From assembly GCA_047150005.1 (NCBI GenBank), contig AP038806.1:2912001-2976000 (forward strand): a stretch of DNA of 64,000 nt. The letters are read 5' to 3'. The notes below the pieces were generated by a model. That model had not been told where the DNA came from. It searched no databases and saw only the letters and a list, made by a program, of their open reading frames with translations. The translations under genes were made by a program, and so were the position numbers. Source of the DNA: Nitrospira sp. Lineage in GTDB: Bacteria; Nitrospirota; Nitrospiria; Nitrospirales; Nitrospiraceae. Shown here one piece after another: positions 51,099-61,149 of this stretch; the first letter of the stretch is position 1, and each line of letters opens with the position of its first letter.

Positions 51099-51398
51099 GT
51101 GTACGATATTCAAATTGCGAGGGGTGCGGAACATGACCTTAAGAAGCTCTCGCCGTTTCATCGTGGTGCAATTCTTGACGCAATCGAACGTCAACTCACT
51201 GCTGAACCTGCAAAACTATCTCGAAGCCGGAAACTGCTCATTGGATTAGTTCCACCGTGGCCGGCGGAGTCACCTGTTTGGGAGCTTCGCGTGGGAGATT
51301 ATCGAGTTTTCTACGATGTAGCGGATGACGAGCAGGTCGTGTATATTCGAGCTGTCCGGAAGAAATCGGCGGGACGAACGACAGAAGAGATTCTATGA
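51099..51398 (+). CDS. RelE/ParE-family toxin
   Basis: WELRVGDYRVFYDV; TTGACA upstream. Confidence 0.88.
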   Translation: MYDIQIARGAEHDLKKLSPFHRGAILDAIERQLTAEPAKLSRSRKLLIGLVPPWPAESPVWELRVGDYRVFYDVADDEQVVYIRAVRKKSAGRTTEEIL

Positions 51399-51640
51399 AG
51401 CGAGCGACCGTCCAAGATCTCAAGAAACGGGCCGATGAATTTGTGGCCAGGGCTCAAACAGAGCGTGTCGTCATCACGCGACGTGGCCAACCTGCGGCAG
51501 TCCTTGTCGGAGTCACCAAGCAGGATTGGGAGGCCGTCGTCCTCCAAACCGACCCCAAATTCTGGAAATTGATTCATGCCCGCCGCAAGCAACCGACCCG
51601 CTCCCTGGAGCAAGTCCGCGAACGCCTCCGCCGCAAGTAA
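51395..51640 (+). CDS. Phd/YefM-family antitoxin
   Basis: RVVITRRGQPAAVLVG; ATGA overlap. Confidence 0.87.
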   Translation: MKRATVQDLKKRADEFVARAQTERVVITRRGQPAAVLVGVTKQDWEAVVLQTDPKFWKLIHARRKQPTRSLEQVRERLRRK

Positions 51641-51678
51641 CTCCAGCTACACAGCCCCACGCTCCGGAATCGGAGATG

Positions 51679-52827
51679 TGTGGAAGCTAGAACTTAATCT
51701 GACAGTCAGCTAGAGTCCTCCCTCTTCACGAAAGGAGCGAGGACCATGACGACGGAACAAAAGATCATTAAGACGAAAGTCGGCGTGCTGGAACTGGCGA
51801 AGCAGCTCGGCAATGTCTCCAAAGCCTGCCAGCTGATGGGGTATAGCCGCGATAGTTTCTATCGATTCAAGGAACTCTACGAGACCGGCGGCGAGGCCGC
51901 GCTTCAAGAGATTTCGCGGCAGAAGCCGCTCCTCAAGAATCGGGTGGCACCCGAGGTGGAACAGGCCATCGTGCAGATCGCTATTGAGCAACCCGCGTGG
52001 GGACAAGCCCGCGTGGCGAATGAACTGCGCAAGCAGGCGCTGTCCATCTCCCCAGCGGGCGTGCGCTGTATCTGGCTCCGCCATGATCTCGCAACGATGC
52101 GGAAACGCTTAAAGGCACTGGAAGCGAAGGTAGCCCAAGCGGGACTGGTGCTTACCGAGGCCCAAGTCGTGGCGCTGGAGAAGGCGACGGCGGACAAAGA
52201 GGCCCACGGCGAATTTGAGAGCGAATGTCCCGGCTACTGCGGCGCGCAGGATACGTTCTACGTCGGCACCTTGAAGGGCGTCGGCCGCATCTACCAGCAA
52301 ACCTTCATCGATACCTACAGCAAGGTGGGATTTGCGAAGCTGTACGACCGCAAGACGCCGGTGACGGCCGCGGAATTGCTCAATGATCGGGTCTTGCCGT
52401 TCTTCGAGCAGCATGCCATTCCGCTGAACCGTGTGCTCACGGATCGCGGCACGGAATACTGTGGAACTCCGGAGCGCCATGAGTACGAACTCTATCTGGC
52501 CGTGGAGAACATCGATCATACGCGCACCAAGACGCGGCATCCCCAGACCAACGGGATCTGTGAACGGTTCCACAAGACCATGTTGAACGAGTTTTACCGC
52601 GTGGCGCTCCGCAAGAAGATCTATCGAACGCTGGAGGACCTCCAGGCTGACTTGGATGCGTGGATCCAGGAGTACAACGAGCAGCGCCCCCACCAAGGGC
52701 GCTGGTGCTATGGCAAGACACCGATGCAGACGTTTCTCGATAGTGTGCCACTGGCCAAGGAGAAAATGTTAGCGGCCTAAACCCGGTGAGGACTCGCTGT
52801 CTGTCAGATGAAGTCGTGAGTTATACA
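51679..52827 (+). mobile_element. IS481-family insertion sequence, copy 2
   Basis: Same 1149-bp length, same ends and identical protein as copy 1; flanks GGAGATG/GAGAATG are not a perfect duplication. Confidence 0.92.
51746..52780 (+). CDS. IS481-family transposase
   Basis: Identical translation to 27943-28977. Confidence 0.95.
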   Translation: MTTEQKIIKTKVGVLELAKQLGNVSKACQLMGYSRDSFYRFKELYETGGEAALQEISRQKPLLKNRVAPEVEQAIVQIAIEQPAWGQARVANELRKQALSISPAGVRCIWLRHDLATMRKRLKALEAKVAQAGLVLTEAQVVALEKATADKEAHGEFESECPGYCGAQDTFYVGTLKGVGRIYQQTFIDTYSKVGFAKLYDRKTPVTAAELLNDRVLPFFEQHAIPLNRVLTDRGTEYCGTPERHEYELYLAVENIDHTRTKTRHPQTNGICERFHKTMLNEFYRVALRKKIYRTLEDLQADLDAWIQEYNEQRPHQGRWCYGKTPMQTFLDSVPLAKEKMLAA

Positions 52828-53420
52828 GAGAATGTCCCTGTTCTTGGATCTCATCCCGTGCGTGGTGAAAGTCGCGCCAGGAGCCGCCATATCTTACGTG
52901 CCTTGGCTGCCAAGGAATGTGACAACGTGACCTCGAAGTGCTGCTACCAGACGTTGGAAAGTCAAATCGGGAGCGGGTTGCGTTATCTTCGTTCTTGACG
53001 AGTTGGTTGCCATGAGAAAACAGGCTGAAGTATAGAGTCGTTCTAGAACTAAACGGCGACAAAGCAATTCATATCTTCTGCTGTATGACACTCCTTCATG
53101 CCGCAACTGCCCTTTGTTCTTCATCGTTCTCCCACGAAACTCAGGATCGACTTGAAAGTAGGGCTCCTTATTGCCGACGGGGATTTTCACGTTGTCGCGG
53201 TCCTCAAGCAAGAACAAGTAACCAAGAAACGGAGGTGGAAACTTTCCGAAGCGACCTTCCCGAAACGCAGTCCAGATGTCTTTGGCGCTGCCCACCGCTT
53301 CTTCGGACCGGTTATTCACGTTGTTACCGATCGACTTGCCGGCCTGAGACTTAAACTCCATGGCGAGGATGAGTGCTCCATCGGATACCACGATCAAATC
53401 CCATTTCTTTGTAGCTCTAA

Positions 53421-54598
53421 GGAAGGTCTGATTTATTCCTCTTCCGAGATATGCTAAGGATGGCGCCTCACTTCTGAGGAGGCACCCCCATGCCGCAACA
53501 GACCTTTGCCGAGGGCACGTTCGAACAGTATCGCAAACCCACCCGCCGCGAGCGGTTCCTCGACGAGATGGATCGCGTGGTGCCGTGGGCGGAGTTGGTG
53601 GCCGTGATCGAGCCGGTCTATCCCAAGGCCGAGGGCCCGGGGCGTCCACCGATCGGGATCGAACGCATGCTGCGCCTCCATTGTCTGCAACAATGGTTCA
53701 ACCTGTCGGACCCCGCCGTGGAGGAAGCGTTGTACGACTCGCGGGCCATGCGGCAGTTCGTGGGCATTGATCTGGGCCGTGAGCCCGTGCCCGACGAGAC
53801 GACCATCTGCAAGTTTCGGCATCTCTTGGAGGCCCACGAGTTGGGGAAACAGCTCTTTGCGCGGATCGGCACGTATCTGGCGGCGCAGGGCTTGACCGTG
53901 AGCCGGGGCACCATCGTGGATGCCACCATTATCAGTGCCCCCAGTTCGACGAAGAATCGTACGAAGGAGCGGGATCCGGAGATGCATCAGACAAAGAAGG
54001 GAAACCAGTGGTACTTCGGCATGAAGGCCCATATTGGCGTGGACAGCCGCACCAAGCTGATTCATTCGGTCGCGGCCACGGCGGCGAATATCCATGACAG
54101 TCAGGTGTTGCCCAAACTGCTGCATGGGCAGGAGACCCGGGTGTGGGGCGACTCAGCTTATAGCGGGCAACGTGACGTGATGCAGCGCCACGCCCCCAGG
54201 GCCAAGAGCTTCGTGCAGACGAAAGCCCATCGCCATCAGCCGCTGAGTGAACCGGAGCGGGCCAGGAACCGGACGAAGTCGAAGGTCCGTGCGAAGGTCG
54301 AACATGTGTTCTTGGTGATGAAGCGGATCTTCGGCTGGGCCAAAGTCCGGTACCGTGGGTTGGCGAAGAACACCCACTGGCTCCAGATCAGCTGCGGCTT
54401 GGCCAATCTGTACATGGTGCGGCGACGGCTTTTGGCGGAGACGTAGGGAACGGGGGTCCGGAGACTGGCAACGAGCCATCGGACGGTGGGTGCGCCCCAT
54501 GAACAGGCTCCCGGACCAGCGGATGCCTACCGGATTCGTCCTGCTGATCAGCCCAGGAACAAATTTCTGAGTGGAAATGTGAATAAATCAGACCTTCC
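53421..54598 (+). mobile_element. IS5-family insertion sequence, copy 2
   Basis: Same 18-bp terminal inverted repeats; CTAA duplication; 1178 bp. Confidence 0.95.
53490..54446 (+). CDS. IS5-family transposase
   Basis: Identical translation to 29118-30074. Confidence 0.96.
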   Translation: MPQQTFAEGTFEQYRKPTRRERFLDEMDRVVPWAELVAVIEPVYPKAEGPGRPPIGIERMLRLHCLQQWFNLSDPAVEEALYDSRAMRQFVGIDLGREPVPDETTICKFRHLLEAHELGKQLFARIGTYLAAQGLTVSRGTIVDATIISAPSSTKNRTKERDPEMHQTKKGNQWYFGMKAHIGVDSRTKLIHSVAATAANIHDSQVLPKLLHGQETRVWGDSAYSGQRDVMQRHAPRAKSFVQTKAHRHQPLSEPERARNRTKSKVRAKVEHVFLVMKRIFGWAKVRYRGLAKNTHWLQISCGLANLYMVRRRLLAET

Positions 54599-54823
54599 CT
54601 AAAGTATCCGGGTAGTTCAAGAGCCGTTCGCGTCCGAACATCGAGTTTCTTCAGGCCTGCGTCACAAAGAATGTCAGAGATCAAGATTTCCAATGCACCC
54701 ATCTGGGTGCCGCCTGTTACCTCGCCTCTGGACCCTGCGTCGATTTTTCCTGACTGGACCTGCTTCTCCTTGTTGTTCCGTCTGGCATCCCAGTAGCTCT
54801 GGACGGCTGCTTGCAGCCTTTTC

Positions 54824-56533
54824 TCAATATTCAAGCGCAGCCTCCATCAGAATCCTATCGATGCCATACACCTCTAGCGCTACTTCCGTGGCGAGGGGAC
54901 GATTACGACAGCGGAAAGCGTTGCGTAATTTATGAGCATGCTCAACTGTTAGCGCGTTCGGCGAGGGCACTCGAATACGGCGCAGATACTGAGCCTGAAA
55001 TCGCAAGTAGCCGCCTCGTATCCGGACACCGTATGATTCTACGAAGAACTGTCCGACAGCGGACATGAGAAGTCCTCCGAGTACTTCCAAGTCCCATTCG
55101 TCTGATTGGATGAAATACAGATTGTGATGTGGGTAGGTTTCTCCTCGATCCAAGACTGGTTCCAATACGTTCTTAATGTCGGGGATATACAGCTTCTGCT
55201 TCTTGAGGAGTGCGTGATTCACACGGTCGATGGTCTTATACCATCCGATCGTGTTCTTTTCGACAGTGTGACGCTTCTTCAGAGCTGCCGCATGGCTTTG
55301 ATAGTAGGTCTTCAGCTTAGGAAAGCAATCTAGGTCCACCAAACCGTCGCTTCCCCAAGGATTGATCAGGTAATGCCCAGACCATTGCAACGTGCCACCT
55401 GACAAATCCTTCGCGAGGGCGAGTTTCAAAAGTCGGGTAGACTCGACGATCTCTGAATCGGTTGTGAGATACACGCGATCATTCCCGGTGGCTACACCAA
55501 TTCCAACTCTCGCGCTGGCCTCCAAAGGGGAGAATTGATCCTCAAGGGTTCGAAGTAATGCGAGCTGTTCGGGCGAGTGACAGGGCCAAGGGCTAGTTCC
55601 CTTGAACCAGTGTGGCACTTGGGCCAATCGGAGAAAGGTTGAAGGGGGTAAAGCGTTCTGCGCGGTCCCTTGTAGGATTGCCGCCAGCTGATATGCCGGG
55701 AGGGTCTCAATCTCTGGACCAGCGCTTGCTACGATGGCCGTTCTTTGGTTCGTGCGTCTTATAATTGTGATGGCGGGATAGGCACTGACTTCGTCGTGAA
55801 ATGCATCAGCATCATGCATGCTCAGGATGACCTCGACGTCATACTCAGATGTAATAAGCTGTCGAAGTTCTGCACCGTATTGGTTCTTCATCCATCGATC
55901 GGCGCAGATAAAGGCGCAGACCCCTCCAGGCTTAAGCTGCCGAAGCGCAGCTTCAAAAAATGCCACATAGAGATCAGCCCGCCCTCGCATCGTAGGGTAC
56001 ATGTTTCGGTAGAGGGTCGCGGTGTCCTCGGGGATGTCTTCGAGCCGCACATACGGAGGATTGCCGATAACAAAGTCAGCTGATTGATTGATCGCATCGA
56101 GCAGGTAATTGTTCGTGATCACCCATTCTTTTGATAGTTCTTCGGCCAAAACTTGATCCACTCCGTGGTCTATGAGGATTGTCTTGGCCAGTAAACGCGT
56201 ATGGATGGCGCTTGATTCATTCAACTCATACGCGAGCAAGGATTCGTGGCAATCGGTAAGCCGCCGGCTGAATTTCTGGCAAGATTGTAAAAGGCGCTCG
56301 ATCATTAATTCTAGAAAGGCGCCTTCGCCCGCGGAAGGCTCGACGGCTAGCATGTTTGCCAGGTCATTCTGCGGAGAATAGCCGCTTAGATCGAGCATTA
56401 ATTCGACCACCCAGCGCTTGGTGTACACGACTCCCTTTGGTTCAGCCAAGCTGACAGAGAGAGACGGATCTGAAGGCGCGATAAGCTGAAGTTGAATGCC
56501 CTGGGTTGATGGGAGGATCCGACGATTGGTCAC
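54824..56533 (-). CDS. N6-adenine DNA methyltransferase (M.PaeR7I/TaqI-like)
   Basis: GVVYTKRW, EPSAGEGAF (motif I), IGNPPY (motif IV), ADLYVAF, RGGYLRFQAQYL. Confidence 0.92.
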   Translation of the reverse strand: MTNRRILPSTQGIQLQLIAPSDPSLSVSLAEPKGVVYTKRWVVELMLDLSGYSPQNDLANMLAVEPSAGEGAFLELMIERLLQSCQKFSRRLTDCHESLLAYELNESSAIHTRLLAKTILIDHGVDQVLAEELSKEWVITNNYLLDAINQSADFVIGNPPYVRLEDIPEDTATLYRNMYPTMRGRADLYVAFFEAALRQLKPGGVCAFICADRWMKNQYGAELRQLITSEYDVEVILSMHDADAFHDEVSAYPAITIIRRTNQRTAIVASAGPEIETLPAYQLAAILQGTAQNALPPSTFLRLAQVPHWFKGTSPWPCHSPEQLALLRTLEDQFSPLEASARVGIGVATGNDRVYLTTDSEIVESTRLLKLALAKDLSGGTLQWSGHYLINPWGSDGLVDLDCFPKLKTYYQSHAAALKKRHTVEKNTIGWYKTIDRVNHALLKKQKLYIPDIKNVLEPVLDRGETYPHHNLYFIQSDEWDLEVLGGLLMSAVGQFFVESYGVRIRGGYLRFQAQYLRRIRVPSPNALTVEHAHKLRNAFRCRNRPLATEVALEVYGIDRILMEAALEY

Positions 56534-57016
56534 TAAGGCCTCAAAGTCACACTGCGAGATTCACAGGAGTCGTCGCATACTAGCCCGTCCCAGGAATCTG
56601 TTCAAGAAGTCGGAACTGCGTTTGCCTATCTCCTCTTTCCCCTAGAGCCATCACTTTGCGATTGGCTAAATATCAGGACCCGCCGACTGTTCTGCGGCGA
56701 TCCTTTTAAGCTTGCTCGTTTCCTCCCTTCCGGCATGAGGAGGATGGACAGACTTCCCTGCGACATGCGACAGGTCAGCAATACGATGTCCTCCCGAGCT
56801 TGATGGTCTCCCTCTCCTCGGCAGGTGGGAGGATGCGGGTCGGCCGGCGACGTTGACGATTGGCATGGCGCAGGATCTCGGTCGCGTTAGCGACGGCCAT
56901 GCATGTCCGAAGGTCCGTTGACCAGAGGAACAACGGACCGAGTTTGCGTGGCCGAGGGATGCTGCGCCATGCGGTTTCAATCGTCGTGGAGCCGGCGACC
57001 CGTATCCTCCCGCATC

Positions 57017-59284
57017 TCACAACTTCCCAAACATCCTCTCCCAAAACTCCCTCACTCTCCCCATATGCTCCTCAATATCCGTCTTCAAATGCCTCGCCCC
57101 CGCCTGCCAATCATCCGTCGTATATCCGACGCGCCTGGCCAGGAAAATGAATTCGTCGGAGTCGCTCGGAGGCAGCACGAGATCCTTGGCATGGCCTCTG
57201 ACCATGCGGAGACCGTCGATGAGCATGCGGATGAACAGATAGGCCTTGCGGAGATGGTCGCCGTCCTGACGCGCGACGATGCCGGATTCCACGAGGCCAT
57301 GTAACGCCAGCATTGTGTTGGGTGTGCGCAGGATCGCATGACGGTGGCCGTGCATCACCTGGAGATATTGCACGGCATACTCGATGTCGATGACGCCGCC
57401 GGGACTGAGCTTGACGTTCACCGTGCCACGTTCGACCAGTTGCTTGAGCTGCTGCCGTCGCAAATCGAGCGCGGTGGGGAGATCCCATGGCTCGTCGCTG
57501 TACACGTAACGGTCGCGATGGGCTTCGACGTGCTTGCCAAGCGTCGCATCGCCGGCCACGTGGCGCAACTTGACCAAGGCCTGACGCTCGAACGGCGCGG
57601 CCAAGCCGTCCTTGCTGTAGTATTTCACGACCTCGTCGAGCGGGTTGGCAAGCGAGCCCTTTCCTCCATGCGGGCGCAGGCGCACGTCGAGGTGGAAGAT
57701 GCCTTCCTGTTTGGCTTCGATCCATTGCAGGACTTCCTGCGCGAGCCGCTCGAAATACTCACCGTTGTCGATCCCGTGTTTGCCGCCGGTCCGTCCTGTT
57801 CCGCCGTAGACGAACAGGACTTCGATGTCGGAGGCGTAGCCCAGCTCTCTCCCGCCGAACTTGCCCATGCCTAACACGGTGAAGGGACAGGTTTTCTTTC
57901 CCGCCAGACGCGGCTCTCCATAATCTTTCGTCAGCTTGGCTCGGCAGTCGACCACCGCCCGGTCCAGGATCACTTCCGCGAGCTCCGTCAGCGCGAGGGA
58001 AAAATCTGCGAGGCCGGTCATCGGTTCGACGATGTGCTTCATGTCGATGCGGAACAGCTCGCGGTCCTTGAAACCGTTGAGAGCGGCCTTCCGCTCCTCT
58101 TCGGTCTTGGCGCGCGCAACCGATCGGTCGAGCTCCTTGCGCAGCGAAGGCTTGGGCTTGATGAGCGGAGAGTCGCGATAATCCTGAAGCAACGGCAACA
58201 AGTTATCGTGTTGGCGGCGGAGGAAATCCTCCCAGAGAAAGTCGCTGGCTCCGAGCAAGCGGGCGAGGAGCGGAAAGGTCTTCTTATCCGCCAGAAACGC
58301 CAGCGCCTCCTGCCGGGCCTTGCCCGTGCGGTCCTGCACGGTCAGGTCGAGAAATTGGTCGAAGGCCTCCAGCGCTTTCGTGGGATCGGGCGCCCAAGTG
58401 AGGGCATGGGTGAACTGTTTAATCAGGACGGCCGTCAGCCGGAGCTGTTGTTGCTCCTCGGCATCCGTGAGCTTCTGCCCGTGGCGGTTACGGACGTAGA
58501 ACCGGTCGTGGAGTTTCTCGCCCTCAAGGGCGATGCTCGCCTTGACGATGTAGACGTTGCGCATCGCCAGCGCGTTGGCGAAGGCATAGAGAAAGGCGGG
58601 TGTGTCGTCCGATCGGATGTCCATAATGGTATCCGTCGGCGACTGGCCGTTGTCGAAGCTGATCTGGACGGGATGTAGGAGGCCGCTGAAGGATCCGCGC
58701 CGCCGGGCGAGCTGCTCCACGAGATGGCGGTTGACCGCATGCCGCGCCTCCTCGACCTGTCCGCCGTCGAGAAGGCCGATGACCGAGCGAAGTTCATCGG
58801 CGAGACGGCGGTGTTCCTCGGAGTCGAACGGCACTCCCTGAGCCGGCTGCACCCTGAACACGTCGACGATCTTCTTTCTGCCGAGACCGGGCCTGGGTTT
58901 GCTGCGCCCACGAGGGCTGTGTCCCATCGACCCCTTCGCCGTGCCGGGAACGTGGCCTGCAAAGGTATAGATTCGTCCTTCCTCGATGTTGAGCCCGAAC
59001 GCCGACAGCAGGCCACAGATCGTGGCGAACAAGGCGAAGTAGTCGTACGCCACGATGGCCAGTTCCATCCGGCCATAGTGCGGCTCGCCCGCGAACAGCT
59101 CGCAGAGGTGATCGGGCGTCAGCGCCGCCGCCATGCGCAAGTGGCGCGCGACCGTCTCAGCCTCGAAACGGTGGAAATATTCCGGATCCATGCGGTCGAC
59201 GAAGTCGTCGAGGACGTCCGATGGGACATCCCGAATGAACGGCGACAGGTCTTGTAGAAGGGTTTCGCGCTCCGTTGCGTTCAT
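57017..59284 (-). CDS. glnE: GlnE-type adenylyltransferase half with N-terminal ACT-like domains
   Basis: GMGKFGGRELGYASDIE, LDVRLRPHG, VKLSPGGVIDIEY; AYDYFALFATICG and SDDTPAFLY ACT-like segments. Confidence 0.85.
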   Translation of the reverse strand: MNATERETLLQDLSPFIRDVPSDVLDDFVDRMDPEYFHRFEAETVARHLRMAAALTPDHLCELFAGEPHYGRMELAIVAYDYFALFATICGLLSAFGLNIEEGRIYTFAGHVPGTAKGSMGHSPRGRSKPRPGLGRKKIVDVFRVQPAQGVPFDSEEHRRLADELRSVIGLLDGGQVEEARHAVNRHLVEQLARRRGSFSGLLHPVQISFDNGQSPTDTIMDIRSDDTPAFLYAFANALAMRNVYIVKASIALEGEKLHDRFYVRNRHGQKLTDAEEQQQLRLTAVLIKQFTHALTWAPDPTKALEAFDQFLDLTVQDRTGKARQEALAFLADKKTFPLLARLLGASDFLWEDFLRRQHDNLLPLLQDYRDSPLIKPKPSLRKELDRSVARAKTEEERKAALNGFKDRELFRIDMKHIVEPMTGLADFSLALTELAEVILDRAVVDCRAKLTKDYGEPRLAGKKTCPFTVLGMGKFGGRELGYASDIEVLFVYGGTGRTGGKHGIDNGEYFERLAQEVLQWIEAKQEGIFHLDVRLRPHGGKGSLANPLDEVVKYYSKDGLAAPFERQALVKLRHVAGDATLGKHVEAHRDRYVYSDEPWDLPTALDLRRQQLKQLVERGTVNVKLSPGGVIDIEYAVQYLQVMHGHRHAILRTPNTMLALHGLVESGIVARQDGDHLRKAYLFIRMLIDGLRMVRGHAKDLVLPPSDSDEFIFLARRVGYTTDDWQAGARHLKTDIEEHMGRVREFWERMFGKL

Positions 59285-59352
59285 GCAATGGCAGTATACC
59301 CGAAGCGACGGTTCGTTGTGCGCGTGCGAGGCGACCAGTATAATGCCGCGCC
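59285..59352. promoter_or_regulatory. Bidirectional sigma70-type promoter, probably leaderless on both sides
   Basis: Plus strand TTGTGC-17-TATAAT (59316-59344), 8 nt before ATG 59353; minus strand TATACT (59298-59293), 8 nt before ATG 59284; no RBS. Confidence 0.65.
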
Positions 59353-61065
59353 ATGACGCAGCGGCCTTCCCCATCGCCTTCAGGCGCCGACGCTCCGGAG
59401 TCTCCGAGGGTGCCGGCCCGGCCTGACCCCACGCCGGTCTTGCTGGCAAAGGAGCGCAACGTCCAGGAGGTGCGGGCGATTCTGTCCGCCTATGGGCTGG
59501 TCGCTCCAGATCAAGCCGATCGCAATCTGCAGGCGATGGCCGGAGATCCGCACCAGCGCCGCCAACTGGCCGAGCTGTTGCCCACTCTCTTGGAGTCCGT
59601 CGGACGCACTGCCGATCCGGATCAGGCGCTCAATCACTGGGAGCGGCTGCTCGGCAATGTGACCCGCTCGTCCTTTCTGGTCTACTTGCGCAGCTCTCCC
59701 CGTATGCTCGATCTGCTCTGCACGATTTTCGGCAACAGCGACTCGTTGTCGTTCACCCTCATCCGGGATCCGATGTTGATCTATTGGCTTGCGGAGCAGG
59801 ATGTGTTGTCGCGCCCGCCGACCTGTACCGGCATGCAAAAGGGACTTCGGGAGCAACTCGGCCAGCTCACGGTGAAGGAATTGAAGCTCGAGGCGGTGCG
59901 CCGGTTCCGGAGGCGGGAAATGCTCCGGATCGGCGTGCGCGACCTGTTGCGGTTGGCGGATGTGCGGGAGACGACCGGATCGCTGTCCGATCTGGCCGGT
60001 CTGCTGATCCATGCCGTCTACGAGATCGTCGATGCCGATCTGCGCCGGCAGTACGGCGTGCCCATGCACAAGAACCGGCGCAGGCAATGGGTCGAGACGG
60101 GCTTTGCCGTCATGGGCATGGGGAAGCTCGGCGGCCACGAACTCAACTACAGCTCCGACGTGGATTTGATCTACATCTACGAATCACATGCGGGCGAGAC
60201 CAGGGTACCGCGCGGCCGGACCGCCGGTCGCGCGGCTGCCGCCGGCATTTCCAATGAAGAGTATTTCGAGATCTTGGCGCGGGAACTGACCAAAGCCTTG
60301 GTGGAGCCGAGCAAGGAAGGACGCATCTTCCGAGTCGATTTGCGCTTGAGGGCCGAAGGATCGGTCGGGCAACTGGCTCGTTCGCTGGACGAATACCGTT
60401 CCTATTATCGAACGAGAGGGCAGATATGGGAGCGGCTGGCGTTGCTCAAGGCCTGGCCCGTCGCCGGATCCGTCGCGGTGGGCAAATCATTCTTGCGGCT
60501 GGTGAAGCCGTTCGTTTTCGGCGCCGCCGCGAAGCTGCGCCGCTCCGACGTACTCGCGGTGGTGGACGACGTGCGGGCGGTGAAGGACATGATCGACGAC
60601 AAGATTGCGGAACGAGGTCACGAAAGCCGAAACGTGAAGCTCGGCACCGGCGGCATCAGGGAGATCGAGTTCCTGGTCCAGACTATTCAGGTCTTGGCCG
60701 GGGGTAAGGTTCCGGGGTTGCTGGACCGAGGTACGCTTGGGGCGCTGGATCGACTGGTTGCCCGAAGGGTGATGGCGGCGCAGGAACGCGATGCGCTCGT
60801 TCAGGCCTATGTGTTTCTCCGGGACGTGGAGCACAAGCTCCAGATGGTGCACGACCTTCAGACCCATGCGTTGCCGCAGGAAGAGGATGAGCTGGAACGG
60901 TGCGCGATCAGGATGGGATACGAGGGAGTCAGTCGATCGGCCGCCAGCCGGGCTTTCAGCGCCGACCATCGGCGGCATACGACAGTGGTCAATCGGGTCT
61001 TCCGCTCCTTCTTCAACGAGCCGAACACGTCGGCGCTGTTGAGGGCGGCTCTGCGGGTGAGCTAA
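59353..61065 (+). CDS. glnE: GlnE-type adenylyltransferase / adenylyl-removing half
   Basis: GMGKLGGHELNYSSDVDL, FRVDLRLRAEG, WERLALLKA, NVKLGTGGIREIEF. Confidence 0.88.
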   Translation: MTQRPSPSPSGADAPESPRVPARPDPTPVLLAKERNVQEVRAILSAYGLVAPDQADRNLQAMAGDPHQRRQLAELLPTLLESVGRTADPDQALNHWERLLGNVTRSSFLVYLRSSPRMLDLLCTIFGNSDSLSFTLIRDPMLIYWLAEQDVLSRPPTCTGMQKGLREQLGQLTVKELKLEAVRRFRRREMLRIGVRDLLRLADVRETTGSLSDLAGLLIHAVYEIVDADLRRQYGVPMHKNRRRQWVETGFAVMGMGKLGGHELNYSSDVDLIYIYESHAGETRVPRGRTAGRAAAAGISNEEYFEILARELTKALVEPSKEGRIFRVDLRLRAEGSVGQLARSLDEYRSYYRTRGQIWERLALLKAWPVAGSVAVGKSFLRLVKPFVFGAAAKLRRSDVLAVVDDVRAVKDMIDDKIAERGHESRNVKLGTGGIREIEFLVQTIQVLAGGKVPGLLDRGTLGALDRLVARRVMAAQERDALVQAYVFLRDVEHKLQMVHDLQTHALPQEEDELERCAIRMGYEGVSRSAASRAFSADHRRHTTVVNRVFRSFFNEPNTSALLRAALRVS

Positions 61066-61066
61066 A

Positions 61067-61129
61067 GGGGTCAGGAACCGTTTGGCGGAACGACCCGCAG
61101 GGCGCTGCGCGCAAATGGTTCCTGACCCC
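61067..61129. repeat. REP-like palindrome between convergent genes
   Basis: GGGGTCAGGAACCGTTTG...CAAATGGTTCCTGACCCC (17/18). Confidence 0.75.
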
Positions 61130-61149
61130 GACCCCCGTCAGGTAAGCCG

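Larger units (their letters stand above)
52894..54834 (-). pseudogene. PaeR7I/XhoI-family type II restriction endonuclease interrupted by IS5
   Basis: N-part ...ALELPGYF (54834-54603) rejoins in frame with RATKKWDL...EFKSQAGKSIGNNVNNRSEEAVGSA (53420-52894). Confidence 0.88.

Noticed and set aside
49350..51680. Integron cassette array (clustered toxin-antitoxin genes)
   Set aside because: No convincing attC sites (RYYYAAC...GTTRRRY), mixed gene orientations, and no intI.
27876..52827. IS481 composite transposon moved as one unit
   Set aside because: The outer flanks (GCTCATA / GAGAATG) do not match and copy 1 has its own target duplication.
52894..53649. Listed ORFs 52894-53649 and 54388-54834 as independent genes
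   Set aside because: They are chimeras of restriction-enzyme halves with antisense IS5 sequence.
56600..57010. Short ORFs or an island att site between the methylase and glnE
   Set aside because: No motifs, and no matching repeat found near 23 kb by eye.
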